Assembly: GCA_031835245.2 (NCBI GenBank)
Contig: JAVKOQ020000029.1
Span: 124,001 to 188,000, forward strand
Direction: 5' to 3'
DNA from: Balamuthia mandrillaris
Taxonomy: Eukaryota
DNA length: 64,000 nt
Shown here: one piece after another, positions 22,287 through 35,531 of the stretch
Layout: each line of letters begins with the position of its first letter
How positions within the stretch are numbered: position 1 is the stretch's first letter
The notes under the pieces: model-generated
Seen by the model: only the letters and a program-made list of their open reading frames with translations
What the model was told of the DNA's origin: nothing
Databases searched by the model: none
Program-made: the position numbers and the translations under genes

Positions 22287-25051
22287 CCTTGGTAGGTTGC
22301 TCAACAAGATCAAACCTGGAACTGTGACAGCCAAAATTCACGACTCTCGAATCGCCTACCGTCAGATGGTTCCTTCCCCTTATTCTTTGATCTATTCCTC
22401 CTTGCTTTTATTTACACCACTACTTTTGCTTAAAGGAAAACATAGGCAACTATTTAAAAGGCTGTGAGGCACTAGGCATGCGACAAACCGATCTGTTCAA
22501 TACGGTTGACCTCTTCGAAGAGAAGAATCTGCACCTGGTCATCAAGAACATTGTCGTTCTAGGCAACACTGTCCAAGGCAAGGACTACTACTCTGGCCCC
22601 AAAATAGAAGACGCTTCCAAGACAAAGAACCTCTGGTCAGAATCCTTGGCCATGACGGACCTCAGCAAAGAAGTCGACGAGGATGACTTGAAAGAAACTC
22701 CTCCTGAACATCAAGAGTGGGTAGATTGGATCAACTCTCAGCTCATCCGATTGGAGCCTGGTTCTGCTGTTCCGCCTGTTCGTAACTTGACCTCAAACCT
22801 CCGTTCTGGCGTGGTGTTGATGCGACTGGTGGAAGTCCTCACGGGGCAGTGTATTCATGCCTGGGAGAAAGAGCCGCAGTATCTATGGCAGTACATGAAC
22901 AATGCCTCTGCCGTGCTTCGATTCATTACTAGCATCACTTTCGAGGTTGTAACTGTTTGTAAAGCTCGAGGTAAGAGTTCTTCCAACAAATCTCTTTTAT
23001 ATGTTTTGTAACCTTCCATGTTTGTCTCATTTGTTTTGTGCAGATATTGTTTCGAAGAACACAACCGCTATAATCGCTCTTCTTCAAATACTGAGAGATA
23101 AGTTCGATCTCGACTTTCTTTTCCAGAAAATTCTTTCAGAGGAGTTGGACGACTCTGAACGTGAAATACATCGTCACCTCTTCATCTCTGTGCCACCTTC
23201 CGATACACCCTCGCCTATGCCTCGTTCTCCTCGTGGTGAAGATGAAGGAGAAGAAGAAAGAGTAGTAGTAGAAGAAGCTGACAAACAACCATCTCAATCA
23301 GGACATCAAGCCGCTCACCAAGAGCAGAAAGGAAAAGAAAAGGATGAAGATGAAGGAGCAAACAGTACCAAGGCTCCTACTCCTTGTAAATTCGACGAAG
23401 AGCAACAACAAACAGGTACCATGGTATCTCCAGGAATTCAGACTCAGCAGCAACAACAACAACAACAAGAAGGTCAACAACAACCGCAAGAGAAGATTGC
23501 TTCTCCAAGAGAGATAGTTAAACCACAAAGTCCCAAAAAAGTCACAGAAGAAAAAGACGTACAACCAACTACTCCCAAATCAGAAGCAAAACAAGAAGAA
23601 GATGAAGAAGACGAGGAGGGACAAGAAGAAGAGGAACAAGATGAGGAGGAAGAAGAAAATGAAGACGAGGGAGGAGAGAAAGACAAACAAGATGATACGC
23701 AAACAACTGAGAAAACGGAAAGCAAAGACATTGATGTAAACCAAGATCTAGAAAAAAAAGAGCAAAAGAAAGTAACAGAGGAGGAGGCAGCACAAAAACC
23801 AAAGACGAAAAAGAAGAAAAAACAGAAGACCGAAAGCACCACAGAAGATAAGAAAAAGAAGACGAAGAAAACAAAGAAGATAAAGAAAAAGGGATCCTCC
23901 GAAGTGAGAAGTAGAAGCAAGATTCGCCCGTCGGAATCTGCTTCCTCGCCTACCACACAAAGCGAGATTGTGGTCACTTTGCCATCTTCAATGTCATCCA
24001 CCGATGTGCAGACAAAGAAGACAAAAAAGAAGACGGGATCTGGCTCAAAAGCAAAAGCACGACCCAAGTCTTTAGGTGAGGACCAAAGCAAAATCATCGG
24101 TCAACTGCTGACGACATCGGAAGACAAACAAGCTTTAACAGGCAAGAAAAAGAAGTCAAAGGCAGGATCAGGATTTGTATCAGGCTCATCAAGTGCGTTA
24201 GCCGTCAAGAAAGAGAAGAAGAGAAGAAAGAGCTTTGGACCTACTACAGGCAAGTCTATTGTTGTTGAGGAAGACCCAACAGCAGCAGCAGCAACAACAG
24301 CGGAAAAGGAGAGCTCTAGCAAGAAGGGTTCAGCAGTAAAAGAAAGGAAGAGCCGATCTAAACGAGGTAAACCGTCTTCGCAGAAGAAAGCGATCGTCAA
24401 GAAACAGCAGGAGGAACCACCGAAAGTGGAGGACACGACCACAGCAAATAATGAAAATGAAGAGGAGACTAAGCTACCGGAAACGAAGGAAGAAGAAAGT
24501 AAGGAGAAAGTAGCAGAAGAATCGAAAGCAACACCTTCTTCTCCACAATCTCCTTTAAAACAAGAAGAAGAAGAAGCGAAGGAAAAAGAGCAACCTCCTT
24601 CGCTCGAAGAGCAAAAGGCTCCTTCACATCCACAGCCACAAAAGTCTACAGAGAGCACAGTAACAGCAGCAGCAAGTGCTGACAGCAGCAATGAAGGCAC
24701 CCCTCGCGAGGATAGCCCTTGGGTTGCAGCCAAGCCACCCGTTAGAGTAGCTAAAGTACTGCCTACACGAGCCACGTCTCTTTCTGACATTAATGGTTCT
24801 ATCTTTTTCTCTACTATGTTCTTCCCTCTTTTTCATTTCGTCTGTGCATTCTCTAACTTTGTATTTATTAAAAGCCATCAAAATGGAGCGAGCTAGGAAC
24901 GTGGTGAGGAAGCGTGTCGCCACAGAGATACTCACTACCGAAATGAGCTACGTTGATAGCTTACAAACATTAGTCAATGTACGTCCTCCCTCTTTTCCTC
25001 GTTGTTCTATCTCTTTTAAACGAAGCTTACCCTTTTTTAAAAAAACAATAT

Positions 25052-25093
<42 letters not shown>

Positions 25094-26148
25094 CAAGTGG
25101 TAGTACCATTACAAAAGAGCGCGATGCGCGTTCTTACCGAAACAGAGCACAAAAATCTCTTTTGGAACCTCGACCGCATCCTCAATGTGCACGAGGAGTT
25201 CCTCGTCGTGTTGCAGCAGAAGCTGAAAGGGTGGTCCACGGAGACCACTATCGGAGATGTGTTCCTCTATCAGACAGCCTTCTTGGAGGAGTATAAGGAG
25301 TACATGCAAGGATATAACGCCAGTTTGGTCCTGTTGCGACATTTGGACAAGCGAAAGCCTGCGTTTAAGCAAGTTCGAGAGGTACGCATTTCTTTTCATT
25401 TTTCTTTTTTTTTTATTTTATTTTTTTTTTTCGTTCTTAGTACTTTTTAACGTTTATTCTCTAAAATAATAACAAGGCGTTCGAGTTGAAGCAAAAGACA
25501 AAGACGTGTCTACCACTTGATGCATTCATGATAATGCCAATCCAAAGGGTGCCGCGTTATGCACTCCTCCTTCGCGAACTGCACAAGTACACCAACCCGC
25601 TCCATCCCGATTATAATCTGCTAGACCAGGCCGCCACGCACATCAATCGCAAGTTGGAGGTGCTAAACAAGGGTGTCGACATGGAGGTCGCTTCACGCGC
25701 TCAGAAGATCAACAGCATTGAGGACAGCATTGAAGGAGAGATTATTCCCGGAGAAGTTTGTTTTCCTCCTCCACTGTGTGGTTACTTGTGGCTTATTTTT
25801 CTCTTCTCGTTATCAAAACAACAGAGTTTGTTCCATCCAGACCGAAAAGTGCTGAAAGAAGGACCGCTGAAATGGCAAGCATCTGGAGAGACCTCCAAGA
25901 AGCAAGTGTACCTCTTCCTCTTCAACGACCTCTTGCTCTGCTGCCTCAACAAGAAGAAGAAAGACAAAGACGGCACGTCCTTCACCATTCTCTTCACTCA
26001 ACGCATGAAAGATATCGCGCGCATCAACGACGATAAAGTAGACAGCGGATCGTTTGTTTTGGAGGTGAACACCGGAGACAAACACCTCGTTCAAGCAAAG
26101 AATAAGACAGAAGCTTTGTTGTGGATAAGTGTATTAAACATGCGATAA
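20718..26148 (+). CDS. RhoGEF (DH-PH) with three N-terminal calponin-homology domains and a long charged linker
   Basis: CH1 LLKDGVLLC..ENISGYLTGCEKLGFNSAELFETVDLFDDKDM; CH2 IKSGVVLC..LFNTVDLFEEKNL; CH3 WINSQL..VRNLTSNLRSGVVLMRLVEVL; DH EILTTEMSYVDSL..IMPIQRVPRYALLLREL; PH LKEGPL..YLFLFNDLLL..WISVL. Confidence 0.9.
21071..21376 (+). repeat. Compound (TTC)n/(TTG)n microsatellite in a RhoGEF intron
   Basis: Directly visible. Confidence 0.95.
25059..25092. repeat. (TA)n microsatellite just before a 3' splice site
   Basis: Directly visible, in the intron that starts at 24979. Confidence 0.9.
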
Positions 26149-26313
26149 AACAAAAATAATATAATAATAAAACTAAGAAGTAGTTTTCAAGAAGAATAGA
26201 GTTCATATTGTAGTGTTTCGCGTTTGGATGGAAGAAAGAAGCATCGTTCATTCGTTTGTTCGTTTAGCGAAGAAGAAAGGAAAAGTTTGCAAAGGAAGGA
26301 AACAGGAAGGGTT

Positions 26314-28373
26314 TTAGTTGTTGTTTTTTGAAGAGGTCGAAGGAGAAGATAGATGAGCCGGTGAAGAGGGGCGCGGTGAAGTTGGAGAAGAAGAACAAGA
26401 AGAGGAAGAATCAGCCCCTTGTGATGGCGTTAAAGAAGCAGCAATAGCAGCGTTGTTGTTCTCTTCATCGGTTTTGGCTTCAGCATCCAACAAGGCGGAC
26501 CATTTCTCTCGGGTGATGAGAAGATGCTCCGAGCAGACGCTCATCTTTGGTAAAAGTTTGCTGGTCACAGAGTAGAGGGGGGAGACGAAAAAGTCAATGA
26601 AACCGGCCGACATTTTGGCGGTAGCAGGCGTTTGCCGGTCCATGAATGGACTTATGGGGAGTCCTCTTGCTTGCTCTATGTCTCCCTATTGTTTTGTATT
26701 TTTGTTTGTTAAAATACGATAGAACGAGGATAGGAGAGAAAGATTATAGAAAAGAAAAACGCAAAGAGTAAGCAAAGAGGACGGGGGTGGCATTACTTGA
26801 CAAAAGAACTCCTCTTGAACCATGTGAGCCCAATAGAGAGCGATGCTAGCGGGCCGTGCTGGGTTGGAGATGTCAGCGCACTTGAGCAACACCTCCAAAA
26901 GGCATTGCCTGTGCTCTTTGTTGTCTCTGGTAAAGGTCTCGAGCACAGCTGAGAACCTGGACACTGTTTCCATGTGTCTGGCCATGTCTGTGGCAAGGAT
27001 GCAATTGATGATCAGTTTCCGAAGCTCACGAAACTCGGCCTCTGTTAAGTTTTGTAATATTTGGTTTTCCGGTTTACGAAGAATCTGTGTTTATGTGGAT
27101 TTTGTTAGTTGGAAGAGAAAGGAAAGAGAAGAGGTTGTAGAAAGAAAACAACGAAGAGCAAACCTGGAAGGTAGAAGCACAGTGATAATTCTCGAGGATG
27201 GACTTGTCATTGTATCTTATAGCTAGCGCCGAGTCCGTATTCACCTGAAAGTTGTTGTTCAAGCCAGGGTGGTCATAGTCATGACACAACGCAGCAATGA
27301 GCAACGCAAAGATCTCAATCTGTGTGAGAAACTCTGACGCCCCTCCCGTCGTCAAGAAGAAGTAACAGGCTTGAGTGACGTCGAAAGCATGACGAAAGTT
27401 GTGATAAGGGTTCGTCTTGTGATATCCAGAACGGACGTCCAGAATGAAATTGCGAAGTTTCTCGGGTGGCACCTTAAAGCGGTCTATCAAATCAAAATCT
27501 TTGAACATCTCTTCCAACAGAGGCAAGAGGTCCTCTTCCTCATAGGACCAGACGTCGAACTCCCAATCTCGCAGGATGGCAGTTGTCTCGGTGGCGCTTT
27601 GTACTCCTATAGCTGGCCATTGGTGAATCTTTTTCTCCTCCTCTTCGCCCATTCGGTCGTAGGTCAGCTCTCCGCTTAGCCACTCTGTTTAGTGTAGATT
27701 TGTTGGTCCAAAAGATGAAAGAAAGGACAAGAAACAAAAAGAAGGGAAGAAAGGCTAACCCCGAACGGTATCATCGATTTGAACACCATCATCACCAGAG
27801 AGAGCTTTGTTGAAGGCCGGTCTGTACAGATTAGAGGAGCCCAATGCCTTCACTATTTGGGAGAGGGCCACTCTGACTTCTTCAGTAAGACTGTCGCTCA
27901 TGCTGATGGACGCCACTGTCTTTGTTATCACGTTGATAGGAGTTTCCACCGCTTCAGAAAACTATTAAGAATTTTTTTTTGTTAAAGAAAGCAAAAAAGA
28001 GAAAGAGAAAGAGAAAGAGAAAGAGAAAGAGAAAAACGAGAGAACGAGGGAATAAGAGGAGATAAGTACTTGACTCTGTAGCGCTTCAATCTGTTTCTTC
28101 AAGCCCAACATCTCCTTGTCCACTTCCCTTCGTTTCTTTTTCTCATCGCTTAGCAGGTGGACATAGTCCCGCTCTTTTCTTTTCCGCCACACGTTCTGCC
28201 AAAGGTTCTTTGCTGCGCTCAGTTGGATCGGTTTTATGATATAGTCATCCGCTCCATCTTTCAGGCATTTGTAGACCATGTCCAAGTCTTCTGTTGCTGA
28301 TACCACTTTTGCAAAAAACGTTATATTGTTATTAAGAACGAAAGAGGAGAGAGAAGCATATAAAGAGAGAGAA

Positions 28374-28420
<47 letters not shown>

Positions 28421-28730
28421 AAGAAAGAGAAAAAAGAAAGAAAAGGAAAAGAAAGAGAGAGGAGTTACATACTGACTATGGGGACGTCCTTATGGGCGTC
28501 ATGTCGTTTACGCACTTGCTGTACGACGCCGATGCCATCAAGGTCGGGCATGTGCAGGTCACAAAGCACCAGGTTAAATTCCTGTTTGTCCATCAATGCC
28601 AGTGCTTGCTTTCCTCCCTCCACCACCGTTACCGCTGTTGAAATACGACACGCGAACAAAAAAGAAAAATAAAAATTATTTTCAGAAAGAAAAAAAAAGA
28701 AAATAAGAGAGAGAGAGAAGGTGAGGGAAA

Positions 28731-28780
<50 letters not shown>

Positions 28781-29032
28781 CAAACCTCTATAGCCACATT
28801 TTTTGAGGACACGGGCAGCGATCAGTCGGGCGGTGGACTCGTCGTCGACGACCAATACGTGAATGTTTTTGGGGTTCCACTCCTGCAAGAAAGCGCTGTT
28901 CTTGCGGCCAAACTGAGCCGTCGACGAGGAGGAGGAAGAGGAGGAGGAGGAGTGCTGGTCGTCTTCGCTGACGTCGGTGTCTGTGTTGTTCGTGCTGCTG
29001 TTACCCTCCTCTCGGTTGCTAGTTTTACTCAT
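26314..29032 (-). CDS. regA: RegA-like response-regulator receiver fused to a class I cyclic nucleotide phosphodiesterase
   Basis: Receiver motifs HVLVVDD, LVLCDLHMPDLDG, MVSA and GADDYIIKP; PDE motifs NPYHNFRHAFDV, LCHDYDHPGLNNNFQ, LENYH and LLKCADISNPAR. Confidence 0.9.
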
Positions 29033-29668
29033 CTCTGTGTTACGGTTTCTTCTGTCTATAGGATTGTTTGTTTTGACCGTTTGTTTATTTTTTAAACACA
29101 GAAAATTGTTGTTGTTGCCGGTAGAAAAAAGAACAAAGAAGAAACAACAGACAAAAAAAAGTTGGTGGAAGGACTCTCCTTCAGTTTTTTTTTTGCCGGA
29201 CCGTTGTTGCAGCGAAGAGAAAAAAAAATTCAGGGTAAGGTGGTTTTGTCCATATCGATGTGTGATCTAATTTTGTATCCTTGCAGACTCTCCTAAAAAG
29301 GGTTTATCTTATCCTAGCAATCATACAACATTTCCCTAGCAACATAATGAGATTACAACTATTGTCGGCGTTTATTTAAAGGAATGTGCGTTCTTGACAT
29401 TCCGAGAATTGCATATCGACAAATTACTGACATTCCTTTGTCGACGTTTTTTAGACATTTGCATTTTTTACATATTTTGCACCTAATTTTGGTATTCGTA
29501 ATAAAAAAAATTAGAAGAAAGGGAAGAAAGAAGCCGAGGAGGAAGCGTTGGCGAGAGAGAGAGAACAAAGCAGAATTTGTTTTTTCTCTCTTGATTTTTT
29601 TTTTTTTGGTGTGTAGAGCAGTTTCTTTCTTCCCCCACGTTTCTTTCTTTGAAAAGAAGGAAACAAAG

Positions 29669-30748
29669 ATGGAGAATAATAAAAAGAGTGACAAGGCTGC
29701 TACGATAAGCAAAGTGGGAGGGCGACGCCGTGTCTTTGCCTTCGATCCACGCTCTCTTCCCAAAGGACTGAACGCCCAACAGCAACAACAAGATCAGCCC
29801 TTGGCCCCACCAGGTACCTTTTACCTCTTTTTAACCTTTCCATCTTTTTTTTGTTTGATTCAAAGAGAGCCAGTGCTACTTTTTATCGTTCTCTCTTTAC
29901 TGTTTTTTGTTCTCTTTCATTGTCACTTTCTTTACTTTCTCTTCTTCTCACCTCTTCTCTCTCTCTCTCTCTCTCTCTCGCTCTCTCTTTCCTCATTGAA
30001 ACAACGAAAAATCTCAAAAATTAAGAAGATGAAGCTTCCCAACAACAACTTGACTTGAAGCTTTCAGCCTCAACCGGCTCTATCCCCGTTCGCTCCCAAT
30101 CCAGCCCTTCCTTCCTTCAGCAAACCGCAACACCAACAACGACCGCTCTTCCAAACGACTCTTCTTCCTCTTCTGTTTCGCCAACAACAGCAACAACAGA
30201 TGCTACAAGCGTTCCTGCGGCCCCTCCTTCTCACGCCGCCGTTTCGAGACTGGCAAAAGCGCAACGAGCCTCTCGTCGTCTTTCTATGTCCCTCGGCAAA
30301 CAGTTTAAACGCTTTGCTTCTGCTTCTGCTTTTACTTCTACAGCTTCTACCCCTTCATCTTCTGCTGCTTCAAATGCTGAAGTCAACAATAACGGAAACG
30401 ATGCCTCACCAACGCGAAAAGAGGGTGAAGAACTGATTCCTGACAACAGTACTAATGCAACAACCGGAACGACAGCCGCCAACAAAGCGAAACGGCCGCA
30501 ATATAGCGAATACAGAGATATGTTGCAAGCGGCTCGAACTGTACGTTTTAAGCTCATTCCCTTTCTTTCGTCTTTATCTCATTTGCATTTTTGTTATAAC
30601 AGCAAGACTTTTCGGATCTAGACCCCTACCATTTAGTTTACAAGTCAGGTATGTCTCTCTCTCTCTCCTTTTGCTCTCTCTTACTTTCTCTACAACGTTC
30701 CCTCCTCCGTTCAGGAAAAGACGTCTATGGAAGGTTAGTTCTCATTTC

Positions 30749-30787
<39 letters not shown>

Positions 30788-32946
30788 ATCAGTCTCACTT
30801 GCCGTCTTGTTTTATTTTTCTTTGGCAGAACGGTGATTGTGATGGCGCCAGCAAATATGCCAATCATGCCAGATAGCACCGCTTTGGACCTTGATCGAAT
30901 GCTATTGTATCTCATCAAAACAATGGATCAAGTGGTGGAGAAAGAGTACTGTCTCGTCTTTTGTGTGACAAACATGACCAACGCGCATAGGCCTGGTCTC
31001 GCGTGGTTCCGTCGTGCCTATAACTTTTTTAACCGCAAGTAAGTGCTTTCTCCTCTGTGCCTCTTACCTCTGTTCTTTTTTTTCTCCTTCTTTATCTATT
31101 CTTTCGATATAATTATTGTGCGTTTGTTTTATTTTAATTGATGACTGCTTCTTGTTTGATAAAGATACAAGAAAAATTTGAAAGCTCTTTACATCGTTCA
31201 TCCGACGTGGTTTGTCAAAGCAACGCTCAAACTCTGCAAGCCTTTCATCAGCAACAAATTCTGGAAGAAGTTAGTTTACATAGATAACGTTACCGACATT
31301 TACCAGTATATCAAGCCAGACCAAATCTCTTTTCCTGATTTTGTCTTAAGGTTTGTATACGTCTTTCATTCTTCTTGCTGCGTTCTTCAGTTTATCTTTT
31401 TTTTTTCTCTCTCTCTCTCTCTCTTTATTTATTTTATTATATTTTTTGGTATAACTTTTATTTGCTACTAGTTATCGAAGAAGAAGAGGTGACTTTGCAA
31501 GACCAATCTTTGGTGTACCTTTAGAGGAGGCCGTCATTCGGACAACCACTCACTCAGGCCTTCCTGTTGTCTGCGAGAGAGCATTTCAGGCCTTGGACGC
31601 TGCGGCATTGGAGACAGAAGGTCTCTTTCGCATTTCCGGCAGTAATGCTGACATCAATGATCTCAAGAAACGCTTCGATCGTGGCGAAGATGTGGATCTA
31701 ATTGGATGGGATCCCCATGTCGTTGCTGGATTGCTAAAACTCTTTCTAAGGTTCGGATTTTTGTGTTTTGTCGTTTCTTATTATTTTTCTAAACGTTTTT
31801 CTTTGTAGAGAAATGCCAGAACCACTATTTACGCATGAACTCTACGACGAGTTCATCAAACTGCTTGGTTAGTTGTTTCTTTCCTCTATTACCTCTATTT
31901 TTCTCATCTCAGTTCTCTGGTTCTTTCCTCCTTTTACATTCTCTTTTTCTCATCACCAACTCGTAATTTGCTTTTTAAACAGCGGATCCTTCAACGGCAG
32001 AGATGCAAGAAGCGACTGCCACCAAACTTCGCGAGCTGTTGGCTTCTCTCCCAATGCACAACTTCCTGTTGTGCAGACGTCTCTTCAAGTTGCTAATGCA
32101 AACCGCCGCAAAATCGGAGGTCAACAAAATGGGAAGGTTTGTTTCTCTTTTCTCCTCCTTTTGTCTCGTTTCTCTTTCTTGCTCATTTTGTTCTTTACAA
32201 CCAAACAAACAAAACCCTCACAAATGCCAATTAGTTCCAATCTCGCTATTGTGTTTGGGTAACCTTTTCTTCCCCTTTTCCTCCTTTTTCTCTGCCCTTC
32301 TTCGCTTGTTCCCTTCTCTTCTTCTCTCTTCTTATCTTTCGCTAACAAAACCGAAAAAACAAACAGTCCCAACTTGATGAGGGCTCCAAAAGGGGCAGAT
32401 GAGAATCGTCGCTTGATAATGGACACAGCCACCATCACAAGACTTATCGTACTTCTCATCGAGCATTACAACGTGCTTCTCCGAGGGCTGATGCCCAAAT
32501 GGTTTGCAGAGGATCAACAGTCGTCTTCAACCATCGCATTGACCTTTTCCGATACTACTTCGGTTTCGAATAGTAGCAGCGTGAGCAACACTCCAGAAAG
32601 TAGTCCGCGTCTTTTTCCGACAAATGAGCAGAAGAAGAAGGAAGAAGGAAAATGTAAAGAAAGAGTGGAAGAAGAAGATGATGAAGATGAGAAAGAAGAG
32701 GAAGAAGGCAAAACAAAGGAAGAGAACGATAAACGAGAAGAAAATGGAAGAGAGGAAGATGAAGAAGAGAAGGAAGAAGGCAAAAGAAAAGAGAAAGAGG
32801 AAAGTGAAGAAAATGGAACAGTTGAAGAGGATAGCATCAAAAAAGAAGAAGCACCGATAACAATGACGGTACAAAAAAGAAGAAAGAAGAAAGAGAAGAA
32901 AGAACGGAAAGCAAAAGGACAACAAGGACGGACAGAACAAATGTAA
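29669..32946 (+). CDS. BCH (Sec14-like/CRAL-TRIO_2) plus RhoGAP protein, ARHGAP1/8-like
   Basis: MLLYLIKTMDQVVEKEY and KNLKALYIVHPTWFVK..FISNKFWKKLVYI (BCH); IFGVPLE, LETEGLFRISGS, DPHVVAGLLKLFLREMPEPL, VNKM and NLAIVFG (RhoGAP). Confidence 0.92.
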
Positions 32947-33051
32947 TAATACAAAGGGGGGAAAAAAAGAGCAAACTATTTGAAAAAAGGAGTCTTCAAT
33001 TTGAATGAAACTAGTACATGAATGAAAGAAGAGCGGAAGGACAAAATGTGT

Positions 33052-34496
33052 TTAACCGTAAAAGATGATGCTGCAGCTCTTGCAATACAGCTTGTTGTCG
33101 TGATAGTAATATTCATTTCCTGTCAACTTCTTCTTGCAGTGGCTGCACACAAAGTGTTGTGGATGATACCTGATGTGTTTTTTTCTCAGTTGTTTAGCAA
33201 AGAATAGAAAAGAAAGCGACAAGAAAAAGAAAAAAAAGAACCTTTTTCCTTTGGCATTTACGCATTTGCCGATAATGGGTCGCTCGCATTCAGGGCACAA
33301 CAGGCCCATTGCCTCGTAGTAATGTTTCTCGCAGTAAGGGTTGCCCTCGTTCTCAAAGAATGTGCCATGGAATGGCTCTTTGCATGAGTGACACACAAAA
33401 CAGGATGGATGCCATCTGAAAATAGTGGAAGTGATAAAGGTGTCAGCGATAACGGTGTTAGTGAGCGTACATTGGAAAAATGGAGGAAAAGGCAGAAGGC
33501 AGAAGGCAGAAGAGAAGGGAGGAGAGTGAGCAATGACGCACTGTTTTCCAAGAGCGTTGGTGCATTCTCCTTGAATAGGTGAAGAACAGGCGCTGCACTT
33601 GGGAGCAAAGCGCTCCAGATAGTCCGTTTGACAGTAGGCCTGTCCATCGTTGCCCTCTACTACTGGTACATCGTTCTCCAAAAAGTTCCTGTGGCAAACA
33701 GCACACGCCAAATGCTATTTCGTAACATATCATCAAATTCATCAGCCCAAATACATAAACATAAATACAAAGAAACATACCTCTTTATGCCAAGACATGC
33801 CGAATGCATTCAACAGGTTGCTCTTGACCGGCTCTCCGCAGGCACCGCAGGTGGGATAGTTAGTGGTGGTAACGCCAAGATCAAAGCCCAGGCCTAGGTC
33901 CTTCAAAGGGTCATAAGCCAAACCGCCAGCACCACCACCGCTGCCGCCATGTCGGGAAGAGGCTCCGCCAATGTCTGCTTGGAGTTGGTTGAGCAAAGCG
34001 TCGAACTCGTCTTCAGTAGCTGGTGCTGCCAACGTGGATGGGGGGGATGAGAACGACGCCGCAGAACCGGCGGGAATGCCGCTCACCGGTCGTCTTGCTG
34101 CTGGGGGAGGAGTGGTAGGGAGAGGAGGAGCGCCTCTACCGCCTCCGGGAGTGGGACGTGGAGGAGGCACGGTGGGGGGAGGTCGTCTTGCGCTACCCGC
34201 GCCACCGCTGATGTTCAAGGAGTTGAGACCGCTTGCTAGACCATCTGCTGACTACGAAAGAATAGCACAAAAAAGAGAGCAAAAAGAATGAGGAGGAGAG
34301 AACCAGGAACTTGGGTGACTACGTACAGCGGAGCGGATGGTAAAGGTGACGTTGGTGCCGTGTTGCTTGTGGATGGGGAACGGCTTTTCGTTGGGACCAA
34401 GGAGATGCTCTCCTATGGTCATAGTGGTGTTGGTTTTAAAGAGACGAAATAAGAGCGTCACGAAAAAGAAGCCAACAGTAGAGAACACAAGCAGAA

Positions 34497-34528
<32 letters not shown>

Positions 34529-34604
34529 TGAAAAGCAACAAAGAAAAGGAGAAGAGAGAGAGAGAGAGAGTATAAGAGAGAGGAGGAGTGAGAGGAGGAG
34601 AGAG

Positions 34605-34643
<39 letters not shown>

Positions 34644-34846
34644 TAGAAAGCATAAGGCCACAGTAAAAGCGGTAAAAGAAGCAAACCTTGGCTGGTGGTT
34701 TTCCAATAGAGGCAAAAGTTTTCCGTGGTGTTCATTTTCTTTTGTACCTGGTCCATGAGGTCAGCGGTGGTAGTGCTGCCCAACACGAGGAACGTTTTGA
34801 AGGTCTTGTCCCCTTCAAAGTACATACGGATCATAGCCTTCTCCAT
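33052..34846 (-). CDS. Paxillin/zyxin-like protein: RA/ubiquitin-like domain, Pro-rich region, LD motif and three LIM domains
   Basis: IRMYFEGDKTFKTFLVLGSTTTADLMDQV (RA/FERM-F1-like); DEFDALLNQLQ; three LIM domains (CGAC..WHKEH, CSAC..WHPSCFVC, CPEC..YHPQHFVC). Confidence 0.85.
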
Positions 34847-35168
34847 TTTTTATTTTTTCTGAGAGAAGAGACACGAGAGGTAAATCTAACAAAGATCGCG
34901 CGAGAAGGGAGTAGCAAAATAAAATAAAAAAGCAAAGCAACAAAATCGGGAAGGAAAAAAAAAAAGAGAACGAGAACGAATCACAAACCCCAAAGTCTAC
35001 GAAAACGAAACAGCTCAGTCCTTGTGTTCCACTGGTTTTTGTAAAAATAATCGCTGTGTGGCCGGCGGAGGAGAGAGAGGGAGCAACAGCGCGCCACTAC
35101 TTTTTGTTTATTTCTTTCTTTTGCGACAGAACAATTTGTTTATTTGAAATGTTTGAAAAGACCGAAAT

Positions 35169-35235
35169 TATCGATATAAGTACATCAATTATTGAGATTA
35201 TCTTGTGTGTCGACAAAATTTGAGCGTGACGTCAC
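35169..35235. promoter_or_regulatory. Cluster of palindromic candidate cis-elements upstream of the LIM gene
   Basis: TATCGATA at 35169-35176, TGTCGACA at 35208-35215 and GTGACGTCAC at 35226-35235. Confidence 0.5.
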
Positions 35236-35291
35236 ACATTATGTGCCTCTTCGCTCGCTTCGTCTTCTCTCTCCTCTCTCCTCTCTCTTCT

Positions 35292-35487
35292 CTATGGCGC
35301 TGTTGCGGATGGGTTTCTGGTGGCAGATGACGGAGGAGGAAGAAGGTGTGGAAAGTTGGCATGAAATGTGGTCTTATCGGCGCGAAGCACTGGCACGTGG
35401 CGAGTAAGGTTCGTCCATGCAACGGCTTCCCTCTGTCCTACATAATGCATGTTCTGACAATACACCTATCACTTGATGTTAGGACAT

Positions 35488-35531
<44 letters not shown>

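Noticed and set aside
23298..24935. Minus-strand hydrophobic ORFs opposite the RhoGEF linker
   Set aside because: Antisense shadows of Lys/Glu-rich low-complexity coding sequence.
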